A DNA stretch of 40,000 nucleotides, from sequence record MT863716.1; one strand, 5' to 3'. The notes below the pieces were generated by a model, which saw only the letters and a list, made by a program, of their open reading frames with translations, was not told the origin of the DNA and did not search any database. Both the position numbers and the translations under genes were made by a program. This stretch comes from Campylobacter phage F348. Position 1 is the stretch's first letter; each line of letters opens with the position of its first letter. Positions 15,759 through 25,842 of this stretch are shown piece after piece.

Positions 15759-16920
15759 GTTCCTTATTTAGGTATTCAAAATCTCCACCACCTTGCCATT
15801 GTACTTCTTTACTAATACCACCTTGCTCACCTTCTATAACTTTTTTAAGTCTTTCTTTTGTGATAGTTTCTATATAATCCATTTGTTCTATACCTATCCA
15901 TTTGCGTTTCATTTTATGTGCTACTGCTAAAGTAGTTCCACTTCCTGCAAAAAAGTCCATTACAAGATCATTTTCATTTGTAGAAAGATCCAATATTATT
16001 TTTAATAAGTATTCAGGTTTTTGCCCATTTTTAAAAGTTGTTTTCAGTCCTTCTCTACATATGCCAATTGTAGATATGTTTGTCCATAAATCACCTAAAG
16101 AATAATCAAGATTTTCATTTAAAAACAAAACTTTCATAATTACACCATTATTCATATAATAATAATTTGTTTTACCTTTTGAATTTATTATTTTTTCAAA
16201 AGTCCCTTCTTCCATATTAATGTTATTAATGTTATTATCAGGTTTTACTAAATATATCAAGTTTTTAAAATAATCTTGTTTATTTAATTTTGGATCAAAA
16301 TATTTTATTTCCCATTCTTTATAATCGTTTTCAATATTTGTAATGTATTTGTTATAATATTTAATATATGATGATAATTCATTTTGTGTTTTTTTTAATC
16401 TAATTTGTTTTAATATAGATTTATTATCTTGTTTTTTATAAAGTAGAATGTATTCTTTATTTTTCGGTAATTTTTTATGACAATTAGCATTTTTTAATCC
16501 TTTAGATTCGTTCATCTTGACTACAATACAATTAACAAAATTCTCTCTACCAAATATCTCATCCATAAGTACTTTTAAATACGCTTGCTCGTTATCGTCA
16601 CATTGAACGAATATAACACCATCATCTTTTAAAAATTCTCTAGCTACTTCTAATCTTTCTTTCATAAATTTTAACCAAACTTTAGAACCTATGAATTTAT
16701 CTTGTGATTTTATTTTTTTAGCTTCTTCTTCATCTACATTAAAATATTTTATAATCAAATCTATAGATTCAAAACTATCATTATAGTGGAAATTTTTATT
16801 TCCAGTATTATAAGGAGGATCAATATAAATTAATTTCACTTTACCTTTATAAAAAGGTAAAATACTATTCATTATTTCTAAGTTGTCACCTTTAATTAAA
16901 TAGTTTTTATCAATATTCAT
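15739..16920 (-). CDS. Site-specific DNA methyltransferase, type III Mod-like (N6/N4)
   Basis: [47 protein letters not shown]. Confidence 0.9.
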   Translation of the reverse strand: MNIDKNYLIKGDNLEIMNSILPFYKGKVKLIYIDPPYNTGNKNFHYNDSFESIDLIIKYFNVDEEEAKKIKSQDKFIGSKVWLKFMKERLEVAREFLKDDGVIFVQCDDNEQAYLKVLMDEIFGRENFVNCIVVKMNESKGLKNANCHKKLPKNKEYILLYKKQDNKSILKQIRLKKTQNELSSYIKYYNKYITNIENDYKEWEIKYFDPKLNKQDYFKNLIYLVKPDNNINNINMEEGTFEKIINSKGKTNYYYMNNGVIMKVLFLNENLDYSLGDLWTNISTIGICREGLKTTFKNGQKPEYLLKIILDLSTNENDLVMDFFAGSGTTLAVAHKMKRKWIGIEQMDYIETITKERLKKVIEGEQGGISKEVQWQGGGDFEYLNKEHDDTNI

Positions 16921-16925
16921 ATAAT

Positions 16926-17657
16926 TTACTCCTTATTATAACTACTATTTTTAAAACTATCGCACATTGATTTAAATTCACACCAATTACATAATATACT
17001 TGGCTTAGCTATAAATGCTTTTTCATTTTCAATACTCATTATATCTTGAGCAAATTGCTTTTTTATAGGTATCAAATCATCACTTGTATAAGTGTAAGTG
17101 TGAAAATCATTAGTTTCAACATACACAAACTGGCATATTATTTTATCTACATTTAAGACTTTTTCAGCCCATATTGCATATAATGCTAGTTGATTTGCAT
17201 CTGGTATATATTTTTTATCTTTTGTTTTGCCTGTTTTCCAATCTATTATTATTGCACATCTATTTTTGATAGCAATGTAATCAATAGTGCCTCTTATGAC
17301 ATAGTCATTACCATAATAATTAGTTGGGTTTAGCTTATTATCTAAAGCCCAATTTACTTCATTTCCTAAAGCTGGTAAGTCTTTTATGTTTTTGTATTTT
17401 TCTGTTTCTTTAAACTTTTCAAATATCTCATTATATTCTTTATATTGATCTGCATTTATTAAAGGATTATTATATGATTTACTTACTTCGATAGGTTCTT
17501 CTTTAAAACTTTGCTCTATTAGCCAATGTATATAACTTCCTTTAATAAGTGCAGTTTGATCTTTAGGTACAGATATTTTATCAATATAAGAATATTTAAA
17601 CTTTAATTTACATTGTCTAAAACACTCTAATCTTGAATAAGAATATCTATACTTCAT
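16926..17657 (-). CDS. RecB/Cas4-family PD-(D/E)XK nuclease with C-terminal cysteines
   Basis: [51 protein letters not shown]. Confidence 0.8.
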   Translation of the reverse strand: MKYRYSYSRLECFRQCKLKFKYSYIDKISVPKDQTALIKGSYIHWLIEQSFKEEPIEVSKSYNNPLINADQYKEYNEIFEKFKETEKYKNIKDLPALGNEVNWALDNKLNPTNYYGNDYVIRGTIDYIAIKNRCAIIIDWKTGKTKDKKYIPDANQLALYAIWAEKVLNVDKIICQFVYVETNDFHTYTYTSDDLIPIKKQFAQDIMSIENEKAFIAKPSILCNWCEFKSMCDSFKNSSYNKE

Positions 17658-17666
17658 AATTCACCT

Positions 17667-18026
17667 TTAATCGTTAATTTGATCTTTTAAGTTTTGTAAT
17701 AGTTCTTTATCGGATACTATCGAGTTATACATGCTTATATTAGCACTTAAACTATCGATACTCATTTTAAGTTCATTTTTTAATGTAGATAGAACCCTGT
17801 TAAATTCTGTTATATTTATACCATCTTTGGATAATTTTGCTTTAATATCTCTTATTTCAACATCAATTTCTCTTTTTTGTTTCTCTAAATCAAAAATTTG
17901 TTTCATAGCATTTTTGACTAGCTCATCTTCATTAATACTATTTTTTTCAATAAAATCAGTAACATTTAGTTTCTGACTTTTTAATTCTACAAACTCATTA
18001 ATATTTTCCATTTTCAGTCCTTTCAA
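17667..18026 (-). CDS. Small coiled-coil protein, unknown
   Basis: Open frame with motif promoter directly upstream. Confidence 0.6.
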   Translation of the reverse strand: MKGLKMENINEFVELKSQKLNVTDFIEKNSINEDELVKNAMKQIFDLEKQKREIDVEIRDIKAKLSKDGINITEFNRVLSTLKNELKMSIDSLSANISMYNSIVSDKELLQNLKDQIND

Positions 18027-18052
18027 TTTTGATACCGTTACGGTATCAAAAT
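18026..18052. promoter_or_regulatory. Operator-like perfect palindrome, 27 bp
   Basis: ATTTTGATACCGT-T-ACGGTATCAAAAT, spanning the -10 (TACCGT) of the next promoter. Confidence 0.7.
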
Positions 18053-18071
18053 ATACTTAATTTAAACTTAA
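18040..18071 (-). promoter_or_regulatory. Putative promoter
   Basis: TTAAGTTTAAATTAAGTATATTTTGATACCGT. Confidence 0.7.
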
Positions 18072-18682
18072 TCTACAATTTTATAGTCAAATTCTTTGAA
18101 ATTAAGGTTTCCATCTTTTAAAAGCTGCCATTTATTATTTGTATCTAACTGTTTGAACATAATCTTTTTACCTAATTTATATGCTTTAGTGATATGTCTT
18201 TCATTACTTATATCATCCCTTATAGATTTTGAATAATCAGCTTTATACCATTTCTTTATTTTTATTTGTTTACCATTAACCAAAAAATACCAGAATTCCC
18301 TATGATCTCCATGAAGAGTAATATCTTCTTTTCTACAATTGTAATTTTTTACTACTTCATCTAGTGCTTCTTCATAAGTATAAGCACCCATATGTTTTTT
18401 AAATTTTCTTTCACTTTCTGAATACTCACCTGTTCTTTCTTCAATTTCTTTTAAACACTCATCCATACATATTTTTGGGTTGTATCCATCTTGATATAAA
18501 CTGTTAATTAAGAATACAATACAATCACATCTCCAATCTATACTTTCATGTTCACTATCCCTTTTTTTAATACCTTCATCTATCTCTTCATGTAGATAAC
18601 CTAACAAAGTTAAATGATCATATTCTTTTTTATCTAAATGTCTTTCTTTCAACCATTTTTCTAATTTCTCAAATAGTTTCAT
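18068..18682 (-). CDS. MazG-like NTP pyrophosphohydrolase-related N-terminus, unknown C-terminus
   Basis: LLGYLHEEIDEGIKKRDSEHESIDWRCDCIVFLI resembles the EExxE...D helical motif. Confidence 0.45.
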   Translation of the reverse strand: MKLFEKLEKWLKERHLDKKEYDHLTLLGYLHEEIDEGIKKRDSEHESIDWRCDCIVFLINSLYQDGYNPKICMDECLKEIEERTGEYSESERKFKKHMGAYTYEEALDEVVKNYNCRKEDITLHGDHREFWYFLVNGKQIKIKKWYKADYSKSIRDDISNERHITKAYKLGKKIMFKQLDTNNKWQLLKDGNLNFKEFDYKIVD

Positions 18683-18865
18683 AATTTTAACCTTTCATTT
18701 ATAGTTTTAATGTCGTTTTCATAGTCTTTACAATTTAAATAACCATTTAATGTTTCATAATTTCGTGCCTCCTAATTATTTTTAATAGAAATATTACAGT
18801 TTTTCTTTCAAATCATAATGATTGTATTTTAAACTAATAACTTTAATTAAGCCATTCTTAAGAAA

Positions 18866-19027
18866 TTACTTTTTAAGCTGATCTTTTATTTCATTTAGTT
18901 TTTGTTTCTTAGTTAAATCATCATTTTTTCTTTTACTATATAAAAATGATGTAATATTAACTGATACTATAACTAATACTGCCACAATTGCTATAAGTGT
19001 TCCCACAACAGATGTATTTGTCTCCAT
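18866..19027 (-). CDS. Small single-TM protein (53 aa), not in ORF track
   Basis: Translated by eye: METNTSVVGTLIAIVAVLVIVSVNITSFLYSKRKNDDLTKKQKLNEIKDQLKK*. Confidence 0.6.
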   Translation of the reverse strand: METNTSVVGTLIAIVAVLVIVSVNITSFLYSKRKNDDLTKKQKLNEIKDQLKK

Positions 19028-19050
19028 TTTATTTCCTTTCTATAATTAAA

Positions 19051-21714
19051 TTATAACCATTCATCTAATGTATTTACAAAAATATTTTTATAATCAAATC
19101 CTATATGTTTACTCATAATATCTAATTTTTGTATAAAATATTTTTCAAACATAGTTTCATAATCAACGAATTCACTGATACTTGGTATTTCTCTTACAAT
19201 TTCATCATCAGGAATACATATAACATTATCACCAGTAATGGCATTTGGTGTTTTCAGATAGACAATATATACTTTTTCACCTTCCATTATTTTTTTAAGT
19301 TTATACTTGTTTGTAAGATTATTATAATGGATTGAACCTCTAGATTGAATAGGACAAGGATTACCATTTATTGATGAAACCCATTTACCATTTGATACAA
19401 TATATGATAAGCTACTTACACTTTTATTCATACAAATATCACTTAGAAGCTGTTGTTTAAACTCATCCTTTATGTTATTAATAAATTGCCTTAACCCATG
19501 TAGATCACTGTCAAGTATTAAATCTAAGCACTCATTTAATTTTAGTTTAGTCCATTTTGGAGTTGTTTTATCAATCATAGGAAGGCCAGTTATTTTAAAC
19601 CCTTTATTTAATTTCTTTTTATTAAAATATCTCCCAACATATCTTTTACGAGCACAACTAATTAATCTATCACATATTGTTTCCTGTTCCATTCCAAGAT
19701 TACTATTTTTATCTAAACCATTGATAGCTGTTACAGCTTCACTTATAGCATCATCTATAACAGGTGATATTGTAGTTTCACAATAACTTTTCAAAAATTT
19801 GGCATTTTCTTGTAAATCTTTAGGTGTTTCTAGAAAATTAAACTCAAAATAATTAGAATCTGTATCACATTGAATACTTAAAGGCCTACTATTAACATCA
19901 ATATTTAAATTATATGTTTCATTACAAAACTTATTAACTCTATATGAAACCCACATATTTAAAAACCTACCAGTTGTTGTGATTGATTCACTCATTTTTT
20001 TACCAAAACTAAAAGGATTTATTGCTAGTGATGTTGAGCCATAAGCAGAATTCATAAGAATTTTAAACATATATTGCATAAGATCATGGTAATCTATTTC
20101 AGAAGCAGTTAAATTATCATTTTTTAAAAAATTCTTATGATTTAATCTATCTTTAAAAAAACTTTCTATTAATTCAGCAAATAATGAAGTACCATTTGAA
20201 AAGTATAAACATCCATTTGGAGTAACATTAACACCATATTTTTTACATATATATCTTATGTGGTCTTTATTATCAATAATATTTTTAAAGTAATAAAATT
20301 CTTCCATACTATCATTGTTAGTTTTATCATAAGTTTCTGAATAGAAATAAAAATATTTGTTTAACATATCTTTAAGGTCTTCTGGTAGTGATGTAGAAAT
20401 AACTTCATTTGGTGCCTCATTCATAAACCTTGCTCTATTTTCTTCAAGTATTTTAGCTTTCTCATATGGGATATTGCTAACTGGAATATAATTATCCAAA
20501 CCTATTTTAAACTCGATAATAATATTTGGATATAGAGATGTAAAGTCATATGAACATACATTTTTGTGTAGTCCTTCAATAACTCTAACCCATCCTCCAG
20601 GGTATGGTGGATCATAGTTTATTATTTTTAATTGTCTTAAAGGTAATATAACATTTTTTGATAAAGCATAATTATACATTAATGACGCCCATTGCATAAG
20701 GGTGCCTGAAACTTCATCAGCATTTACACCACACTTATATGCTACTAATTGACATACTTTTAATAATTTTAATTTTCGTTCTAATTTTATAAGTAACTCA
20801 ACATCCTTTAAACCATAAGAAACAAACTTATTAAAATCTTTATACAAGTCTTCTATTGAACCATCGTAATTTACTTTAGTGTCACCTAATTCAAGTTTGG
20901 ATATTTCATCCAATGAAAATCTACTTGGTTTTTGAGTTGTGTATTTTATATATAAATCTCTCAAATCTAATTGAATTATACCTTCTATCTTAACACCATC
21001 ATACTCTATATCATCATTAGTTTTCATTTTTTTATGTGTTATAGCTTTTATAGGTGATAACTCAACATAGTCATCTATGCCAAGATGGATCATTCTATTT
21101 ACAATATAAGGGATATCAAATAAATTAGAGTTGAAACCAGCTATAATAGTAGGATTTGTTTTAACTACAAATGTTAAGTATTTTTTTAACATTTGTATTT
21201 CATTGTCACATTTTTTGTAAATTACTTCCCCTATATCTGATTCCAAATTAATATCTAAATCTTTAGTACCAAAAATTATAAATTTATTTAAATAATTATC
21301 ATAAACTTGTATTAAAGATATTTCTTCTGTTGGGTTTGATGGTTTTGCATAACCATTTATTGCTCTAGTTTCTATATCTAGATATTGTGTTCTGAATTCA
21401 TGATTACAATCTATATCTTTGAAGTTTTCACGAATATATTTTTGAGGTCTGTTTATATTACCATACAATGGTGTAGAAGGTGATACATTTTTTAAATACT
21501 GATATATCTCATATGTTGCTTTAAATGTTTTCTTTTTTAAATACCCATGTGTATAGAAGTCCTTATATTCTGTTTTTTCATTAGTTCTAATAAACAATTC
21601 TGGGACATATTCAGTTGATTTATATTCTTTTATAATTGAGTTTTTTGTAACTTCATCATAAAGTCTAGCATATAACTTAAAATTATGTTCAAAAACATAT
21701 TCATATTTAAACAT
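19051..21714 (-). CDS. 43: DNA polymerase, family B (T4 gp43-like)
   Basis: TQYLDIETRA exo I, YDFTSLYPNIIIEF, LMNSAYGSTSLAINPF, CDTDSNYFEF; ATG at 21714 (track frame opens at an upstream TTG). Confidence 0.96.
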   Translation of the reverse strand: MFKYEYVFEHNFKLYARLYDEVTKNSIIKEYKSTEYVPELFIRTNEKTEYKDFYTHGYLKKKTFKATYEIYQYLKNVSPSTPLYGNINRPQKYIRENFKDIDCNHEFRTQYLDIETRAINGYAKPSNPTEEISLIQVYDNYLNKFIIFGTKDLDINLESDIGEVIYKKCDNEIQMLKKYLTFVVKTNPTIIAGFNSNLFDIPYIVNRMIHLGIDDYVELSPIKAITHKKMKTNDDIEYDGVKIEGIIQLDLRDLYIKYTTQKPSRFSLDEISKLELGDTKVNYDGSIEDLYKDFNKFVSYGLKDVELLIKLERKLKLLKVCQLVAYKCGVNADEVSGTLMQWASLMYNYALSKNVILPLRQLKIINYDPPYPGGWVRVIEGLHKNVCSYDFTSLYPNIIIEFKIGLDNYIPVSNIPYEKAKILEENRARFMNEAPNEVISTSLPEDLKDMLNKYFYFYSETYDKTNNDSMEEFYYFKNIIDNKDHIRYICKKYGVNVTPNGCLYFSNGTSLFAELIESFFKDRLNHKNFLKNDNLTASEIDYHDLMQYMFKILMNSAYGSTSLAINPFSFGKKMSESITTTGRFLNMWVSYRVNKFCNETYNLNIDVNSRPLSIQCDTDSNYFEFNFLETPKDLQENAKFLKSYCETTISPVIDDAISEAVTAINGLDKNSNLGMEQETICDRLISCARKRYVGRYFNKKKLNKGFKITGLPMIDKTTPKWTKLKLNECLDLILDSDLHGLRQFINNIKDEFKQQLLSDICMNKSVSSLSYIVSNGKWVSSINGNPCPIQSRGSIHYNNLTNKYKLKKIMEGEKVYIVYLKTPNAITGDNVICIPDDEIVREIPSISEFVDYETMFEKYFIQKLDIMSKHIGFDYKNIFVNTLDEWL

Positions 21715-21720
21715 CAATAC

Positions 21721-21748
21721 AATACCCCTTATATCTTTTTGGGGTATT
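21721..21748 (-). promoter_or_regulatory. Hairpin overlapping gp43 Shine-Dalgarno
   Basis: AATACCCC-AAAAAGATATAA-GGGGTATT (8 bp); SD AAGGGG in the 3' arm, ATG 6 nt further on. Confidence 0.6.
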
Positions 21749-21778
21749 ATACCAAAAGTTATCTTAAAGGTGACTTAA
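21746..21778 (-). promoter_or_regulatory. Putative gp43 promoter
   Basis: TTAAGTCACCTTTAAGATAACTTTTGGTATAAT. Confidence 0.8.
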
Positions 21779-22796
21779 AGTATAGGACCTCTTTAGCATA
21801 CCCTTTACCATTAAAATGAGGTATACTTTTGGTGTATATTTCTTGAAGTCCTTCTACATTTGAAGAATATTCACTTAGAAATATTGGAAACTGCTTAAAT
21901 TTGTCAAACAAAAGAGGTAATGTATTACTATCAAAATCAGTATAATTACCAGATTTAGCTGTATTTTTATATGGTGGATCAAAATATAATACAGTAGTCT
22001 CAGGATCATACTTGGATAAATCAAGATCAAACGCATCTTTATTGCTTATTTCCATTTTTGAAAAATCAATATGTTTATGATTTCTTAAAAATGTTATTTT
22101 TTCAATAGGGTATATTCTACACATTTTAAGTATGTATGCTGCTTCAGCATCACCAACAATATTCTGCAACATTTTAAAAGATATTTTCTTTAACTCGTCT
22201 ATAGAAGCATTAAAATATTGATACAAATTATGTTTTGAAATTAAAAATAATTTTTTAATTATTGGCATAATATCATTATATCTTTCTATTATTGGTTTTT
22301 CTATAGAATATAGTTCATTTATAATACTATGAAAATTATCATTAAAAAATGGGTATAATAATTGTGGATCACTATCCTTACACACAAATTTCTGTAAAAG
22401 TATTCTAAAATTTTTAAATTCATCATCTGGTATAATATAGCAGTTACCTCTACCAGTAAAATTATATATAAATGAGACTTTAAAACAATCAGAGTCATTT
22501 AAAATATTATTAGATATAATATTATCCCAATACTCATCATAGCTCATAAAGGTTGTTATGTCATCAAAATTTCCATTAGCTAAATATTTTATTGCTCTAG
22601 CAACTCTTTCTGTCTTTTCATTATATAATGCATTTAATCCCATTTGAATAGCAGTGATAGATATTGCACCTGACCCTCCAAATGCATCTACTATTGTTTT
22701 AGTATTTGGATACATTTCTTTTATTTTGCTTACAATATCAACAGCTAGGGATCTTTTACACCCAAGATAAGTTGGATAACAATCATACACTTTCAT
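21759..22796 (-). CDS. dam: Dam-like DNA adenine methyltransferase (D12 class)
   Basis: LGCKRSLAVDI, DAFGGSGAISI, VLYFDPPYKNT. Confidence 0.9.
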   Translation of the reverse strand: MKVYDCYPTYLGCKRSLAVDIVSKIKEMYPNTKTIVDAFGGSGAISITAIQMGLNALYNEKTERVARAIKYLANGNFDDITTFMSYDEYWDNIISNNILNDSDCFKVSFIYNFTGRGNCYIIPDDEFKNFRILLQKFVCKDSDPQLLYPFFNDNFHSIINELYSIEKPIIERYNDIMPIIKKLFLISKHNLYQYFNASIDELKKISFKMLQNIVGDAEAAYILKMCRIYPIEKITFLRNHKHIDFSKMEISNKDAFDLDLSKYDPETTVLYFDPPYKNTAKSGNYTDFDSNTLPLLFDKFKQFPIFLSEYSSNVEGLQEIYTKSIPHFNGKGYAKEVLYFKSPLR

Positions 22797-23191
22797 ATAA
22801 CTCCTTTACATTTTAATGGTTCTGGTTGGATCCATTTATTTTTGCAATAATTAGTATAATAATTATTAGATTTCAAAATATTTATTTCATTAGTTAGCAT
22901 ATTCCTGAAAGTTGTATATTGAATGTTATCATAAAAAGAGTTGTTTTCAACCTTTGTTACAATATCATCAGTTATCCACATTGATCCCGGTATTAGCTCA
23001 AATAACTTATTATCTATTTCCCAATTTTCATTGTTAATATCTTCAGAGCTAAGTAAAACATTGTTATTTTTTGAATCAACAATTTTTAACTTACCATTAT
23101 CTTTATATATTTTAATATAATCATTTTCTAAAGATAAAGAACCGATTGAATTGTTTTCTAATAATATTTGCATACATTCAATAAATTTCAT
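22793..23191 (-). CDS. Hypothetical protein
   Basis: Open frame, 4-nt-type overlaps with neighbours. Confidence 0.6.
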   Translation of the reverse strand: MKFIECMQILLENNSIGSLSLENDYIKIYKDNGKLKIVDSKNNNVLLSSEDINNENWEIDNKLFELIPGSMWITDDIVTKVENNSFYDNIQYTTFRNMLTNEINILKSNNYYTNYCKNKWIQPEPLKCKGVI

Positions 23192-23628
23192 AGTTTATTC
23201 CATATATCTTTAAAGAACTTTGCAAGTGGTTTATAAACTATACCATAAACTCTAACCCAAGCCCATACAACATATCTTTTTATAACATTTACACCAAGTA
23301 ATTTCATAGCATCCAAAAATAGTTCATCAGCAAGAGCTCTAGGAATATCACCTTTATTTGATTTTCCACATAAAAAATCATGTAATACATAAGCTTTAGT
23401 AGGTTTTCCAACTGGTGATATTATTGATTGAAATAATTGTGGAATACTACCAAAATCAGTTCTAAATCCTTTTGGTATTCTTATAATATTATTTCCAACC
23501 AAATATTTTTCTAATGTAAATCCTTTAGAAGTTACATCAAAGTCAAAAATAAAATGAAAATCATTGTATAATTCAAAGTTGTTACCATATCTGTAAATTG
23601 TTATAAGATCTTTATTTATATTTTCCAT
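23188..23628 (-). CDS. DUF1353-like protein
   Basis: IPKGFRTDFGSIPQLFQ...AYVLHDFLC. Confidence 0.7.
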   Translation of the reverse strand: MENINKDLITIYRYGNNFELYNDFHFIFDFDVTSKGFTLEKYLVGNNIIRIPKGFRTDFGSIPQLFQSIISPVGKPTKAYVLHDFLCGKSNKGDIPRALADELFLDAMKLLGVNVIKRYVVWAWVRVYGIVYKPLAKFFKDIWNKL

Positions 23629-23629
23629 G

Positions 23630-24133
23630 TTAACCCTTTAATTGTAATTTGCAAGTAGAACATAATATTGTATAATCATCTCCAACACATATTTCACCTG
23701 TATTTGAAATGTTATGATTGCCATATTCAGATCCGCATTTTTCACAAATTGAGCTTAACTTATAAATTCTATCTGCATATGGTAAAATATTTATAATGTT
23801 TTCAAATAATTTTGATTCATAATTTATGTTTAATCCACATAATACCCAGTTTTTACTGATGTTATCAGTTATAATATTAGTAATTGAGTTATCAAAAAAT
23901 TGAAATTCATCCAGTAATATATAATCATACTCATTTACAATTGCATTTATGTTATTTGTTTTTATTACATTTAAATTATGTAATGTTTTATAACTTCTTG
24001 ATATAAATTCTCTATCATCAATTTCTGGTCTAATTAAAATGTATTTTTTTCTACCAAAATGAAGTTTTTCAGCTTCTCTCAATAACTCCAAACTTTTCCC
24101 TGATCTCATAGGACCAATTATAAGTTTTATCAT
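23630..24133 (-). CDS. tk: Thymidine kinase
   Basis: GPMRSGKSLELLREAEK, ILLDEFQFF, Zn cysteines CEKCGSEYG and CSTCKLQ. Confidence 0.92.
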   Translation of the reverse strand: MIKLIIGPMRSGKSLELLREAEKLHFGRKKYILIRPEIDDREFISRSYKTLHNLNVIKTNNINAIVNEYDYILLDEFQFFDNSITNIITDNISKNWVLCGLNINYESKLFENIINILPYADRIYKLSSICEKCGSEYGNHNISNTGEICVGDDYTILCSTCKLQLKG

Positions 24134-24318
24134 GATATAAACTTTTCAAATTTATTTGCTAAACATATGCTTATAAACATTAATATAACTGTTACTGGCA
24201 TACCTATTATTAAATCATAATATAAAACCCCTAATGATATTATCAAAAATAATATGATATAAACTTTTAACACTATTGCTGATACCAACAATATTAATAT
24301 ATTTTTAAATGTATCCAT
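24130..24318 (-). CDS. Small membrane protein
   Basis: Hydrophobic 62-aa frame overlapping tk start. Confidence 0.5.
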   Translation of the reverse strand: MDTFKNILILLVSAIVLKVYIILFLIISLGVLYYDLIIGMPVTVILMFISICLANKFEKFIS

Positions 24319-25269
24319 TCACCACATCCTCAATTTACATTCAGCTATTAATCCATCAAAAGTATGCTCTTTTATAAAATTTTCAATATTAACACCACTT
24401 TGATAAATTTCGTTTATATCTTTATATTTTTTGAATTTTTCATCATCACACCATACAACAAATTTATGATTTGGATTATTTGTATGTTTTAGCATTTCCT
24501 TTCTACCAGTTTCATCATTATCACAACACCATATTATGTATGGCATAGTTTTCATTTTCTTTGGTAAAGTCGCACCCAACATAGCTATTTTATTTTTAAA
24601 TGGGGTACATAACATATCAAATAAACCTTCAAACACATATACTTCTTTTGATGGATCAATATTAAAATAGTTCATAACTTTAATACCATCATCTGAGTTA
24701 AATGTATAGAATATTTTATCATTTATACTACGACTATAAAAACTAAAAGCACTGTTATTTACAGTATTTAAATATATTATAAAATTTGGTAATTTAAATT
24801 CTCTATCATTTATTACAAATGACTCTTTACAATAATAAAAGTCATCAGGGTTTCCACCTCTTTTTAAAATATATTCTTTTGCCTCTTTTATACAACTAGC
24901 TTTAGGTAAGTTTAAATTAAAAAACTCTTTAGGTTTTTGTGATTCTTTTTTAGTCAGTGCTATATTTTGAATATTTAAATCATCTATGTATTTTTCACCT
25001 ATTTCATTTAAATAATTATTAAGGTACATTGGATGAAAAGTTTTAATGTAAGAATACATAGTAGCTGTATAACCACAATTAAAACATTTTATAGAATCAT
25101 CTGTATAGGAATCTTTTCTATACAGATGTAATCTTTTCTTATTTTTATATTTTGAATCACCGCAAACATCACATTTGCAGTTATAATCATCAGATTTATG
25201 TATTCCTAAATCTTCTTTATTATGAATAATTTCCCAATATTTTACATTAATTGGATTTAACATTACCAA
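24319..25269 (-). CDS. 61: DNA primase (zinc finger plus TOPRIM), T4 gp61-like
   Basis: CKCDVCGDS...IKCFNCGYTA; EVYVFEGLFDML; WCCDNDETG. Confidence 0.85.
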   Translation of the reverse strand: MVMLNPINVKYWEIIHNKEDLGIHKSDDYNCKCDVCGDSKYKNKKRLHLYRKDSYTDDSIKCFNCGYTATMYSYIKTFHPMYLNNYLNEIGEKYIDDLNIQNIALTKKESQKPKEFFNLNLPKASCIKEAKEYILKRGGNPDDFYYCKESFVINDREFKLPNFIIYLNTVNNSAFSFYSRSINDKIFYTFNSDDGIKVMNYFNIDPSKEVYVFEGLFDMLCTPFKNKIAMLGATLPKKMKTMPYIIWCCDNDETGRKEMLKHTNNPNHKFVVWCDDEKFKKYKDINEIYQSGVNIENFIKEHTFDGLIAECKLRMW

Positions 25270-25756
25270 CTCTTCTATCTAGTTCATCAAATAATGACTC
25301 ACTATCATCATTTTTTATAATTTCTAATAAATTAGTACTATATGCTTCAATTTTTACAAATAGCTCACCATCATCTGCAACATAAGTATCAACTACTTTT
25401 ACATTTTTTACTAATGACGAACTAACTTGTACTGAAACTTGGCTATTATTAGTTTTAACAATCCCTTTATTTTGGTAATATTGTTTGATCATACTATCAA
25501 CTTTTGAAGATAATTTTTGGGTTAAGTTCATTTTAGCTACTGCAATAGCTTCTGTTTGTTGTTGAATATAATTTTGACCTATATACATTGCTGAACCAAC
25601 AGCTGTATTAATATCTCCATATTCTTTAACCCAACTAGGTAAATCATCATATTTTTCTAACATAGGTTTAGCAAATTGTTGTTGTGGAGTAGTTGTTGAA
25701 CAACCTACAAACATTAAACCTGCAATCATAACCGCACTACATAAAACTTTTTTCAT
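25247..25756 (-). CDS. LPP20-like lipoprotein (host-type moron)
   Basis: MKKVLCSAVMIAGLMFVGCS signal plus lipobox; LPSWV...GSAMYIGQNYIQQQTEAIAVAKMNLTQKL. Confidence 0.75.
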   Translation of the reverse strand: MKKVLCSAVMIAGLMFVGCSTTTPQQQFAKPMLEKYDDLPSWVKEYGDINTAVGSAMYIGQNYIQQQTEAIAVAKMNLTQKLSSKVDSMIKQYYQNKGIVKTNNSQVSVQVSSSLVKNVKVVDTYVADDGELFVKIEAYSTNLLEIIKNDDSESLFDELDRRVGNVKSN

Positions 25757-25810
25757 TTTCTTTCCTTTCATTTTGTGGTTTTATATAAACCTTAATTTTC
25801 TGATACCGTA

Positions 25811-25842
25811 ATGGTACCAGAAAAACCTTAAATTAAACTTAA
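25811..25842 (-). promoter_or_regulatory. Putative promoter with operator-like half-sites
   Basis: TTAAGTTTAATTTAAGGTTTTTCTGGTACCAT followed by TACGGTATCA. Confidence 0.7.

Noticed and set aside
16926-17657. Cas4 as evidence of a CRISPR system
   Set aside because: RecB/Cas4-like nucleases are common in phages; no Cas1/Cas2 or array in the window.
18820-18865. Another TTAAG promoter upstream of the MazG-like gene
   Set aside because: One box is intact (TTAAGAATGGCTTAAT) but no -10 falls at the conserved distance; TACAAT is too far downstream.
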